64,000 bases of DNA from Eledone cirrhosa. Its lineage: Eukaryota. The position numbers and the translations under genes are program-made. Shown here one piece after another: positions 1 through 12,990 of the stretch. Positions within the stretch are counted from its first letter, which is position 1; every line of letters starts with the position of its first letter. The stretch is taken from assembly GCA_964016885.1 (NCBI GenBank), contig OZ024759.1, positions 18,848,001 to 18,912,000 on the forward strand, in the 5' to 3' direction. The notes below the pieces were generated by a model. It made no database searches. It had not been told where the DNA came from and saw only the letters and a list, made by a program, of their open reading frames with translations.

Positions 1-46
1 ACTTATATATATATATACTTATACATATATATACTTATATATATAC

Positions 47-139
<93 letters not shown>

Positions 140-267
140 TATACCTATATATATATGTGTGTGTGTATACCTATATATATATATATATGTATACATATAT
201 ACACATACACACATACATATATATATAATATAATATTATATATATAATATAATATAATATTATATAT

Positions 268-334
<67 letters not shown>
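1..334. repeat. (TA)n-dominated compound microsatellite
   Basis: Continuous TA/TG/TATAA runs read directly. Confidence 0.97.
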
Positions 335-335
<1 letters not shown>

Positions 336-695
336 AGAAGTTATATTTAATTTGTTGGGATACAACAAGCAAATATTTTTATAACTGATATAAAGCACTC
401 AACAAATTTTTGGAGTAAAAATACAATATATTAACAAATGGAAACTATATTTATAAAACCATATTTATTTCATTATACATATTTCAAGGACACCAAAGCA
501 AATTACGGGACTATCCGGGAGCTTCCAACAGACATGGTCGCATTCTTTAAGGGTATGTCAATATTCGTTTATAAAACTGATCTATATTATATTTTATCTG
601 ATGAAAGCGCACCATAATTTGCTTTGGTGTCCTTGAAATATGTATAAAGAAATAAATATGGTTTTATAAATATAGTTTCCATTTGTTAATATATA
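335..695 (+). mobile_element. TA-embedded Penelope-like/retrozyme-like terminal fragment (family A) with inverted partial copy
   Basis: 79-bp inverted arms at 427-505 and 615-693; HHR motif inside; second copy of the sense part at ~22241-22382; flanked by (TA)n. Confidence 0.65.
590..654 (+). ncRNA. Type I hammerhead ribozyme motif (family A)
   Basis: TATTTTAT-CTGATGA(598-604)-AAGCGCACCA..TGGTGTCCTT-GAAA(635-638)-TATGTA-TA-AAGAAATA; one mismatch in stem I. Confidence 0.7.
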
Positions 696-726
696 TATAT
701 AGTTATGTAATAAACAACATAAGGCA

Positions 727-794
727 ATTATTCCATTTACCAGTGGTTTCTTAAAAGCAAAAGATTTTGTTTTCAATCCTCAGAATGAAAAAAT
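727..794 (-). ncRNA. Type I hammerhead ribozyme motif (family B, minus-strand copy)
   Basis: Reverse complement of 861-928 with one stem II substitution; core intact. Confidence 0.75.
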
Positions 795-860
795 CCTGGT
801 CTGTTTATTGAATTTGGATTTAAAATTTTTTTTAAATCGAAATTCAATAAACAGACCAGG

Positions 861-928
861 ATTTTTTCATTCTGAGGATTGAAAGCAAAATCTTTTGCTT
901 TTAAGAAACCACTGGTAAATGGAATAAT
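861..928 (+). ncRNA. Type I hammerhead ribozyme motif (family B)
   Basis: TTTCATT-CTGAGGA(872-878)-TTGAAAGCAAAA/TC/TTTTGCTTTTAA-GAAA(905-908)-CCA C TGG-TA^AATGGAA; all three stems pair. Confidence 0.85.
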
Positions 929-1018
929 TGCCTTATGTCGTTTATTACATAACTATTAAGCTCTGTTACCTACATAGAGCACTCTTTTTTCCTGGACTTT
1001 TCCGGCGGAATTACTTTA

Positions 1019-1073
<55 letters not shown>

Positions 1074-1409
1074 CTCACGATCACTCACAAAGTAAATCTA
1101 CATGTGTTTCTAACTATTTGACTTTGCATGCTGATATCTTAAATGAATTCCGAATACGATTCGTCTTTTTATTTATCTAATTATTTCTGTCGTTCCTATA
1201 CAAACTCAGAGAGGTAATTCCTAAATATTTGCACGTATTTTCACGTACACTGAAAATTGTTGCTTTCAAACTATCCTTCACTGTTTACTGAAAAGTTGAG
1301 TACATTTCTGTTGTAATTACATAACTGTATCCCGAAGGTATTATCACTTGTATTAAAACGATTTTACCTATTTAATTTTCATACTCTTGCTGCTTTACTT
1401 GCGTAATAA

Positions 1410-1798
1410 ACTTCTTTCTCTCTGTCTATCTCGTTCACTCTTTCGTTCGCGCCCTCGTGCACTCTATCTTTCGTTTGCTCTCTCCTCTTTTTCCTCTAAT
1501 CTCTCTTCTCTCGTGTCTGTGCTCTTCTCTCTCTCCCCTTTATGCGTGTGTGTGTTTTTCTCTCCTCGCTCGCTCTTTCCCTTACTCTCTCTCTCTCTCT
1601 CTATCTTTCTCCTACTACCTTGCTCTCTTTCTATCTCTATCTCTCTCTGTCTCTCTCTCTCTCGCTCCTTTCTTTTTAACGCACACATTCTTTTTCTTAT
1701 TCTTCTCTTTCTCGCTCATCTCTTTCTCTCTATCTGACACACTCTCTCTTGCTCCTCTCTTTCTCTCTATCTCATACATTCTGTCTTGCTTCTCTCTT

Positions 1799-1833
<35 letters not shown>

Positions 1834-1860
1834 CCCCTTCTCCCCTTCCCTCTCTATGGA
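1410..1860. repeat. CT-rich low-complexity tract with (CA)n
   Basis: Degenerate (CT)n read directly. Confidence 0.9.
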
Positions 1861-2214
1861 TTTACCTGAAGATTCTCTTACAATAACTATGTTTCTGTAC
1901 TTATTTATTCATTTATTTATTCATTTACTCATTTAGTCATTCTTATTTCGTCTTTGTTCACTATGTTGCTTCTTATTTATCATAGAATTCAAATTGCTTT
2001 TATCTACCAACTTCATTTAGCTGCTTTCAAATGAGAATGACAACTCTTTTCGTTTTGAATAAACGTCTTTTTCAAAGAGATTACTGCAGATATTTTTAGC
2101 AAGAATTCTTGAAATTATTTAAACTACTACTTATTATATAAAGTGTCAAATAGTTGATTAATACGATCTAAGCTCAATACATCCAATTATCAATTTTGTA
2201 AAGAATGAGATAGT

Positions 2215-2790
2215 GGATTTGCCAGTATTATTAACATTTCGGGCAACATGCTTTGCAGCATTTAGTTACGGCCCTTTATATTCTTAGAATAAATCCCACC
2301 TTATGGGATCGAGAAAATAAAGTACCAGAAATGCACTGGGGTCAATTTTATCGACATTCCCCTTCCATTCTAATTGCTGGCCTTGTGCGTAAATCAGAAG
2401 CCATTATTAGAGCGACTGGTAACATGCTTTTTTACGTTGTGAGTTCAAATCCTATCGAGGTTAACTTTTGATTTTCATCGTTATAGGGTCGATGAAATAA
2501 AGTGCCAGAAACGCACTGGGTTCGTTTTTATCGACATTCCGCTTGCCTTCTAATTTCTGACCGAGTGCCTAAATCAGAAACGATTATTATAGCACCGGTC
2601 AAAATACTTTGTGGCATTTAAGTATGGATCTTTACATTCGGAAACCAAATTTCACCGAGGTCGGTTTTTGCCCTTTATTCTTCCGGGGTCAAATAAATAT
2701 GATATCTATCCAGTACTGGGGGTTAATATACTTAATCTTTTCCTCACCCAAAATTACTGGCCCTGTGCTAAGATTAGAAAACATTATCTT
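2215..2790 (+). mobile_element. Three tandem diverged copies of the major octopus tRNA-derived SINE
   Basis: Repeated GAGTTCAAAT..GGTCGAT.AAATAAAGTACCAG..CACTGGG..TTGCTGGCCTTGTGC..AGAAAC motif series. Confidence 0.85.
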
Positions 2791-2919
2791 TCAGTAAGGA
2801 CTACCAAATGCCTGTTGATCCTGGTTTCTATCTGCTAGTAACAAACAATATCATGGAAGCCCATTTTTAAAAAATGAAGATACATATACAGAGAGACAGA
2901 CGGTTACACATACATACAT

Positions 2920-3222
2920 GATGGCTGCCCCCTCGTTATCGAGTATGGCCATTGCACGTTATTCCATTATTAATAATTATTAATTAATTCTATCGTGCAA
3001 TGCCTGTACGTGAAGATATTTTTTAAAGTGAGGAAAAATTGTGCACTGAGCCAATCCCACACTCTGAGCGACAGTAGCTACAACCCGAAAAGAAGAAAAG
3101 ATCAACATCATCAGTTACTACTGAGCCGCAGGTTTTATATCGGAGTTATCCCAGTTTCCTGAGTTGCCTTCTCCTAGAAGAATGCCCTGACTAAGGCTAG
3201 GGGTCCTTCACTCCCAGTGGTT
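2920..3222 (-). mobile_element. RTE-leader-like non-autonomous repeat (second copy ~15335-15597)
   Basis: Two dispersed copies in the window; minus strand has GGGCATTCTTCTAGGAGAAGGCAACTC, resembling the RTE 5'-region motif I recall. Confidence 0.5.
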
Positions 3223-3347
3223 TAACAGCGCTCTCGAGTGTCCAGCCCGACTTTTCGTATGTCCTCGCGCATATACATACACATGCACCCATGTATATAA
3301 ACATATACATACATATGTACATGTGTATATACATATTTACACACTTT

Positions 3348-3536
3348 TAGCCGTTGACTCTTATGAGTTCTTCCGCCCATTGTCAGGTTTTGTTTTTTGT
3401 CCTGGAGGGTGTCCAAATCACCCTCCTCACCAAGTAAACTTGGTGGGGGTTGCCGGCTTAGTCACCGACGACCCGACCATGCCACAGGTTGTACTGGGTT
3501 ACATGTTACCAGTAGCACTCAAGAGTGACCCGACAT
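3348..3536. mobile_element. ~190-bp interspersed repeat (other copies ~15613-15780, ~55203-55392, ~55968-56166)
   Basis: Shared GGCCGTTGAC..CACCCTCCTCACCAAG..CTTGGTGGGGTTGCCGG..GTACTGGGTTACATGTTACCAGTAGCACTC; four copies. Confidence 0.85.
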
Positions 3537-3651
3537 ATATATATATACATACATACATATATATACATACATATTTATATATATACATACATACATATAT
3601 ATACAAACATATTTATATATATACATACATACATATATATACATACATATT

Positions 3652-3684
<33 letters not shown>

Positions 3685-3762
3685 TTATATATATATATAT
3701 ACATACATACATACATATACATACATATTTATATATATATATACATATATATACATACATAC

Positions 3763-3962
3763 AAACGAAAGTCGCCTGAGAAGTTCATAGACTGACCAAG
3801 ATACTCTCATGGAATGACGAAATGAGGTATATTTTTCAAAATAGTCCCTGAAAAGAAACACTGCAGTTATTAAGAAAAATTGAAATTAATGCATGCAAGA
3901 TTTCATAGCTCTAGCATCTCGCCTTCATAGTCAGCCTATCAGATTTTCAGCCCACCCTCGTA
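3763..3962. mobile_element. Mariner-type MITE (~190-200 bp)
   Basis: Ends in TTTTCAGCCCACCCTCGTA; same internal sequence as the intact copy at 53118-53305. Confidence 0.75.
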
Positions 3963-4600
3963 CATCACATACTCGCACGCATACACACATACACACATAC
4001 CCACACACACATACACATACCCACACACACATATACACATACCAACACACATATACACATACCCACACACATACACGCATACCCACGCACATACACGCAT
4101 ACCCACATATACACATATACCCACACACATACACACATACCCACGCGCATACACGCACACCCACACATATACGCATACCCACGCACATACACACATACAC
4201 ACACATATACACACATACCCACACACATACACACATACCCACACACATATATATATACATACCCACACATATATATACATACCCACACACATATACGCAT
4301 ACCCACACATATACACGCATACCCACGCACATACACACATACACACACATATACACACATACCCACACACACATATATATACATACCCACACACATATAC
4401 ACACATACCCACACATATACACACATACCCACACAAATACACGCATACCCACACATATACACACATACCCACACACATACACACATACCCACACACATAT
4501 ATATATACATACCCACACACATACATATACACAAACCCACACACATACACACAAACCCACACACATATACATACATTCTGTACAAACCCATACACATACA
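3963..4600. repeat. CA-rich satellite (CACACATACC/CACATATA units)
   Basis: Read directly. Confidence 0.95.
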
Positions 4601-5173
4601 TTCTGTACTACTAATACACATGTACATGTGTATTCATATGTATGAAGTTAAAATTAGTCTGTGGGCATACGTAAACAATGATGTGCTATGCTTCATTGAA
4701 CCAACATCAAATGGTTATAAAAATACATGGGAAATTCTAAATCAATGTAATGTCACGTGAGAGTAAAGGTATTTTTCGGAATACTCTATCGATTTATAAG
4801 TTGATCGCGACGGGAATTGACATCAGAGTGCAGTGAGCTGGAACAAATATCAGGGTGTTTAATCGTACACTTTAACCACTCTACAAATATTTCTGCCAAT
4901 TCAGCAGAGATAATGGTGGAAGAGGTACAGGATTGATGAACTTACTGTTCCAATTCCAATATATATCGTAACCCATTCGAGGTCTAAGATAAATAGGTAC
5001 TAGATATGAGTCGGATTTATATGATATATATTGTTCTAAATTAAGGAATAACTAAAGTGTACTTAACTGTTAGTGGAGTTGTAGGGGCACCGTCTTGATA
5101 TATAGCGTGCCTTGGGCAGTTTAAAGGTGACGAAGCGCATCCCTCTCTGGATCGAAACAGCTTATTTTTTTAC

Positions 5174-5231
<58 letters not shown>

Positions 5232-6311
5232 GAAGAAATAGAGAAAGCGCACGCGGGAGAGAAAGAGAGAGAGGGGGAGAGAAAGAGAGAGAGAGGAGGG
5301 ACGAGAGAGAGAGGGGGGAGAGAGCCCGAGAGAAAGTTAGAAAGATGTATGGAGGAAGAATCGACCCAAGTATTGGACTGGTACTTTATTTATCGACCTC
5401 AAAGAGATAAAATACAATCAAACTTAATCACAGAATAATTTCCTAGAAAATAAAATATAACCCCCCCCCCCACCCCCACCCCCACCCCACCCAGAAAATA
5501 TACAAATAAAAAGTAAATATCTGTTGGGTGGAAAGAATGACTGGGGGTTGTAAGGAACTGCGTGGGAAAAAGTTAAGATTAGATTATTCTGAAAACTACT
5601 GTGTGTGTTCAGAAAGAGAAATAACATTAGAATCGACAGCATGGCCGTTATTCATTGGCAGCTATTATTGGAATATTCAGGAAGATGAGAATTTTAACAG
5701 AAAATAAGGAATGAGCAAAGTTCAAAAGTAATTACACAACGTATATTATCAATTTCCTGTGGTCAAAGCAAGAAGAAAAAAAACAGTAGCTAAAATTATA
5801 TTTATATGAATACTAAAATAGCGGATCTAGTATAACAAAGATTGCCGTTTATCGGCAACTACATTACTTCTACTATGTTTTATAAATACTCATGTCAATT
5901 GCCCTAAATAATGCTATAGTTATTTTCAGAAAGAATAAATTAGAAGAAAAATAGAACAGAGATGTAAAATAAAAATAAAAAGTTGTATCGTACCAGACAC
6001 CGGAAGCGATACTGTTTATTATGAAATATTTACTTTGAGCGACAAATACATACAATCACAAAATGGTGTATAATAAAACTAGTGAAGCTAGGTAGGCATA
6101 TTGTGACTGTCGACTCGCTGTCGAGTATGACCACCTTTGGCGCTAAAATAGCGGGACCGTGTCGCCACCTGCCAGACACCATTAGAAATTCAGCGAAGGA
6201 TGCAGATGCGTAGGCGAATGATGAAAAGATGCATAAAATATATATATGTGTGTGTGTGTGTGTGTTTGTGTGTGTGTGTGCATGTATATATTTACATATA
6301 TGTGTGTGAAA

Positions 6312-6343
<32 letters not shown>

Positions 6344-6365
6344 ATTTACAAATGTGTGTGTGAGA

Positions 6366-6428
<63 letters not shown>

Positions 6429-6451
6429 TTTACATATATGTGTGTGTGAGA

Positions 6452-6486
<35 letters not shown>

Positions 6487-6805
6487 CGTGTATATATATA
6501 TATATATATATTTACATATATGTGTGTGTGTGTGTTATATCTATATAAATACAGGGTGTGTAAACGAGACTGCAATAACGTGTATAAATATATTCACATA
6601 TCTAATACATGTGTATAAATATATACGCATATCTAATATATAGGGATGTAAACATTCCAGTAAATATGAATTTCCCAGTAAAATGAAAAATGATAAATAC
6701 CTTTAATCCATTTCCCGATCTAATTGGACCCTTATCAGTAGACGTGTATATCATCCAACCAACCATAATGGAGCATGTATTTGATGGGTGTATATACCCC
6801 CCCCT

Positions 6806-6864
<59 letters not shown>

Positions 6865-6933
6865 AAGAAGAAATATCTGTAGTAGATGAAGTTACGCATG
6901 TATGAATGAGAAATAGAAATCAGCTTTACTAAA

Positions 6934-6987
6934 TTCAAGAGTGACCCGACATATATATACATACATACATATATATACATACATATT

Positions 6988-7021
<34 letters not shown>

Positions 7022-7125
7022 CTGTCATTTCTATAATATGAAGAGGGTGTTTAACTCCAACACACTCTAGTATTTTAATTCTTATATATATATATACATA
7101 CATATTTATATATATACATACATAT

Positions 7126-7158
<33 letters not shown>

Positions 7159-9040
7159 CATACATACACATTTATATATATACATATATATACATATTTA
7201 TATATATACATACATACATACATATTTATATATATACATACATATATATATATATACATACATATTTATATATATATACATACATACATATATATACATA
7301 TTTATATATATACATACATATCTATACATACATATTTATATATATACATACATATATATACATATTTATATATATACATACATATATATATATATACATA
7401 CATATTCATATATATACATACATACACATATACATACATATTTATATATATACATACATATCTATACATACATATTTATATATATACATACATACATACA
7501 TATACATACATATTTATATATATATATACATATATATACATACATACAAACGAAAGTCGCCTGAGAAGTTCATAGACTGACTAAGATACTCTCATGGAAT
7601 GACGAAATGAGGTTTATTTTTCAACATAGTCCCTGAAAAGAAACACTGCAGTTATTAAGAAAAATTGAAATTAATGCATGCAAGATTTCATAGCTCTAGC
7701 ATCTCGCCTCCATAGTCAGCCTATCAGATTTTCAGCCCACCCTCGTACATCACATACTCGCACGCATACACACATACACACATACACACATACCCACACA
7801 CACATACACATACCCACACATACATACACACATACCCACACACACATATACACATACCAACGCACATATACACATACCCACACACATATACCCATACCCA
7901 TACACATATACACATACCCACACACACATACACACATACCCATACACCTATACACATACCAACACATATATACACATACCAACACACATGCACACATACC
8001 CACACATACACACATACCCACACACATATACACATACCCATACACCTATACACATACCCATACACATACACACATACCCATACACATACACACATACCAA
8101 CACACATACACACATACCAAACACATATACACATACCCACACATACACACATACCAAACACATATACACATACCCATACACCTATACACATACCCATACA
8201 CATACACACATACCCATACACCTATACACATACCCACACACATATACACATACCCACACATACACACATACCCATACACATACCAACACACATGCACACA
8301 TACCCGCACACATATACACATACCCACACATATACACATACCCATACTCACATACACACATACCCATACACCTATACACATACCCACACACATACACACA
8401 TACCCACACACATATACACATACCAACACACATATACACATACCCACACACATATACACATACCCACACATATACACATACCCACACACATATACACATA
8501 CCCATACACATACACACATACCCACACACATATACACATACCCATACACATATACACATACCAACACACATGCACACATACCAACACACATGCACACATA
8601 CCCACACATATACACATACCCATACACACATACACACATACCCATACACCTATACACATACCCACACACATACACACATACCCACACACATATACACATA
8701 CCAACACACATATACACATACCCACACACATATACACATACCCACACACATATACACATACCCACACACATATACACATACCCATACACCTATACACATA
8801 CCAACACACATGCACACATACCCACACATATACACATACCCATACACATATACACATACCAACACACATGCACACATACCCACACTCATATACACATACC
8901 CATACACCTATACACATACCAACACACATGCACACATACCCACACATATACACATACCCACACACATATACACATACACACATACCCACACTCATATACA
9001 CATACCCATACACATATACACACACCAACACACAAACATA
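6934..9040 (+). repeat. Local duplicate of 3519-4600 with expanded satellites
   Basis: Same order: TCAAGAGTGACCCGAC, TATACA array, MITE (7548-7747, a few substitutions), CA satellite. Confidence 0.92.
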
Positions 9041-9344
9041 CAGCAAGATATTTATATTTGTATGTGTATGTGTGTATTATGTATGTGTGTGGAGACCCAT
9101 AACTCGGCCGTAGTCACATGTGGCATTTCTTGGCCATTTTTAAACCTGGCGCAGTTCAGCTCTCCAGCTCCGATTCATTCCAGAGAAGGGAGAGAGAGAA
9201 AGAAAGGGAGAACGAAAGAGAGAGAGAAAGAGAGAGCGAGAGAGAGAGAGAGAGAGGGAGAGAGAGAGGGAGGGAGAGAGAGAGAGAGTGTGTGTGTCTC
9301 TATGTTTGTGTGTAATGGAGAAGTGAGGAAAAGATTAAGAGGAA

Positions 9345-9780
9345 GAATAGATGCCGGTACTAGACTGGCACTTTTTATCGATCTGGAAATGATGAAAAGC
9401 AAATTTGACCATGGCAGGATTTGAACTCAGAGCGCAGGGAGTCGAAACTAATACCCCAATGCTTCCAGTCCGACGTCCTAATGATTCTGTCAAGGCACCA
9501 TCGCTACTGTGTATTTAGAAAAGAATAAAACGGTATTATATTGTGTTTTGCCTTTCATCCTTACGGGGTCGATAAAATAAAGTACCAGTAATGCACTGGG
9601 TAATTGCTGGCCTTGTGCCAAAAGGAGAAACAATTATATTGTGTTGTGCTTATTACGGTCCGAGTTCAAATCCTGCCGAGGTTAACTTTGCCTTTCATCC
9701 TTACGGGGTCGATAAAATAAAGCACCAGTAATGCACTGGGAAAATTGCTGACCTCGTGCCAAAAAGTAGAAATAACTATA
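9345..9780. mobile_element. SINE cluster: one minus copy and two 5'-truncated plus copies
   Basis: TTTGCCTTTCATCCTTACGGGGTCGATAAAATAAAG core at ~9548 and ~9688. Confidence 0.9.
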
Positions 9781-10299
9781 TTTTGTTGTGTTTTAATTAA
9801 TAAATACAATGTTATGAAATAAATGTTATTTAATATATTCACCAGAAAGAAAGAATATATGTGAAAAGATTTCAAATCAGTAAATAATTGTTTTAAAGGA
9901 AGTACAGAAATAACGAGGAGTCAAATGTTATATTTAAAACGTAGATTTACATTTTTGAATAAAATGTTTGAATAAAATTAAGTGCTGGTTAACCTCCTGT
10001 GAAAAAGCTACAAATTGCCGACATTTTAAATAATGAGAAATATGCATATTTATGGCGTGAATAAAGGAGTGTTGTGCTTTAATCCATGTCTTCTTCTTGA
10101 GATCTTGTTTCCACTGCATTAACATAATTATAGTGTCAGTCCTCAAAAATTAGTTTAAGCTATCTCTCTAATACAATATTGAATTACTTTCCTCATTTGA
10201 AATATTATGCATAAGTATATACGTAGACATAGTACATAGACATACATATGAACTCATAATAGCACGCAGACCCACAGTTATAGACCCGCACGTATGCAC

Positions 10300-10372
<73 letters not shown>

Positions 10373-10378
<6 letters not shown>

Positions 10379-10513
10379 AGGGTTGACGGACCCAGCATAT
10401 TTATCAATGCCAGTACCGGTTGTATCTCATCGCACACAATGGGCAATGTAAGATACATTACCAGAGTATACACATAGTTATTTGCCTCAACACAACACAC
10501 GTAAAAGAAGTGC

Positions 10514-10518
<5 letters not shown>
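10373..10518 (-). mobile_element. TA-embedded fragment of HHR family D (3' part only)
   Basis: Reverse complement of 34669-34812 with high similarity; flanked by (TA)n. Confidence 0.85.
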
Positions 10519-10547
<29 letters not shown>

Positions 10548-12019
10548 ATTCCCGGTTTAATCGGGGGTAACCACAGTAAGTAAGGTACTCAATACATAAC
10601 AAAGTATAATTTTTAATATAGAAATGGCTTCTTTGAGGCTAAAGCATCTGCTAGAGATGCTCATTTGCATTGAGCGCGAGTTAGGATTAATTAGCAGTAG
10701 CACTAACATAACGTTATTCATAATGTACTCGTATCCAATCTTTTTTCTCACACATCCAAAGGTTAATGCTCCTCTAAATCATTTCAAAGTCTTTCGACCA
10801 GTCGATATTAAAACTGAACACAAATATATCGATTTGATTACATTCAGTGAGCATGTTTCCCGATCTATTATAATATAATTCCCTTGAAGCTAATACATGC
10901 TTGCTCAGTTATACGCCAAACGTAGCATATTATGCATATGTCAAATGTTTCATGTCGTATATTTATCAGACTTCCTTAGCATTTTAACAGGCAACGTATT
11001 GAATGGGATTCACGTTAAAAATACATCTACAAAAGATTTACTTGATAATTTCTGGCTCTAACAACGAATGAGTTTGGTCGGCTTTCTATCTTCTGCAATT
11101 GTATGATTTCGTAATGCCAGAGATATTGCGTGCTTTTATATTCCGTTAATTTTAATCAGTGGTATTCGGTCTTAGATAAAAATAAATGGTTTCTATCTAT
11201 TTTGTCCATAACTCTGAAGACAGCAACAGCTGTATTTGGGGATATTTATGTTAACAGAGATAACTAACACTAATATAGTTTAATGCAGTTACTAGTTGCT
11301 TATTACGAGTGATATTTCTGGTCACACAAACACATGTTGACATATACATACATGTATGTATGGAGCCATAACTCAAGATGGAGTTGTTTGGACGCTTTAA
11401 TAGCATACGACGTGTCTTGAATATTTTACAACTAGCAAAGTCGATCGATTCTCCAGGACTAAACACAGATGATTTCCTTCAGAGAAGTTACGAGTGAGTG
11501 AAAGAGAAGTGATAAGTGAGAAAGACTTTTTGAGTAAAAAGTATCCCAATACTGGACTGGATCTTCTTTTATCGATCTCGAAAGGATGAAAGGCAAAGTT
11601 GGCCTCGGCGTACTTTTAACTCGTTGGGCATAGAACCGGAACGAATACCAAAAAGCATTCTATCCAACGTTTTAACGAAACAGCCAATTCGCCGCAACAT
11701 ACGCACACATACATTCATACATTCATATATATAATTGAATAAACAAGAGAGATGAACACTAATATAAACATACATGAGTTCGAAAAAATATTTTTCTTAA
11801 TTTAATATTTAAAGTTAAGGATAACAAACCATATTCCTGTAGTTAATATTTTTTCACCCTAGCAAATTTGGTCCTTACGATTCGAACACATGTATGTTTA
11901 TATTAGTGTTCATCTCTCTTGTACGGCTCGGAAAAGCTTTTTCCTTAGAGCTATTTAATTGTAAGAGACTACTCGGAGTTCTTAACTCAATATATTGTAT
12001 ATACATTCATATAGATATA

Positions 12020-12200
12020 TGAAAAGATTCAGGACTCCTCCGGCCGTTTCGATATATAGATCCGAACTGTTCGGATCTAGCTTTCGAAATGGCCGGAGGT
12101 CAGCCGTGGGGGTCCTCAATCTGTTCATATTACCCACTCTACTACCCCAAGTATCGAGTACTCTGGTCTGTTATGGTCTAACTGGTTTTTACCACACCCT
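12020..12200 (+). mobile_element. TA-embedded fold-back element family (other copies 21128-21320, 38888-39050, 39078-39280)
   Basis: Shared CGAAACGGC..GAGCTC.GCCGTCGGGGTC..CCCACTCTACTACCC.AAGTAT.GAGTACTCTGG; three copies have a 5' inverted partial duplicate. Confidence 0.8.
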
Positions 12201-12250
12201 ATATTATATATATATAGTTAAAAGAATAGAGGTGTAACACACAAGTTATT

Positions 12251-12631
12251 ATATATTGGTAAACGGAATAGAAAATGCTGACAAATTGTTCACAGTTGAA
12301 AAATGGTTTAATTAGGAATAAAAGAGTATTAGTGATTGTATGAGTTAGTATTCAGTTGTGGCTTTAAGTTTTTAAGTTTTTACCGGTTGCGCATTTCTAA
12401 ATGCTTTTCAAAAATAATTTTGAGATAGAGTGTCCGTGTTCAGAGCAAACAACACGGACACTCTATCTCAAAATTATTTTTGAAAAGCATTTAGAAATGC
12501 GCAACCGGTAAAAACTTAAAAACTTAAAACCACAACTGAATACTAACTCATACAATCACTAATACTCTTTTATTCCTAATTAAACCATTTTTCAACTGTG
12601 AACAATTTGTCAGCATTTTCTATTCCGTTTA

Positions 12632-12640
<9 letters not shown>
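12251..12640. repeat. 190-bp-arm inverted repeat with 10-nt loop
   Basis: 12251-12440 versus 12451-12640; one substitution seen; ends in (TA)n. Confidence 0.97.
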
Positions 12641-12684
<44 letters not shown>

Positions 12685-12748
12685 GTAGAACACTGGGCGG
12701 TTATTTCCGTAGCAGTAGAGCACTCAGTCCATGGGACGAGTTTGGTAG

Positions 12749-12883
12749 AAGTAGTTCCACAACAGTTAATTCACCATATCGAGAACAAATGTATCACCTT
12801 ATGCGCATCTTCAGCTCGGTCTGAAGATCCGGATAAGGTGAAACACTTGATCTCGATATGGTGAATTAACTGCTGTGGAACTA

Positions 12884-12886
<3 letters not shown>
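12749..12886. repeat. 66-bp-arm imperfect inverted repeat with a degenerate HHR in each arm
   Basis: 12749-12814 versus 12821-12886; both arms begin CTGAAGA at the centre. Confidence 0.85.
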
Positions 12887-12937
<51 letters not shown>

Positions 12938-12990
12938 TGGGAAAGTAAGAAATCGGAGAATAGACCGTTAAAACATGTTTATTTAAAACA

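Larger units (their letters stand above)
699..956. repeat. Near-perfect long inverted repeat (~117-bp arms), one HHR per arm
   Basis: 699-815 is the reverse complement of ~840-956 with 2 substitutions; the central spacer is also partly palindromic. Confidence 0.95.

Noticed and set aside
7678-9424. Long His/Thr/Tyr-rich ORFs (also 3893-4645 and all YI/CV/ER-rich ORFs)
   Set aside because: Translations of CA, TA, TG and GA simple repeats, open in several frames on both strands.
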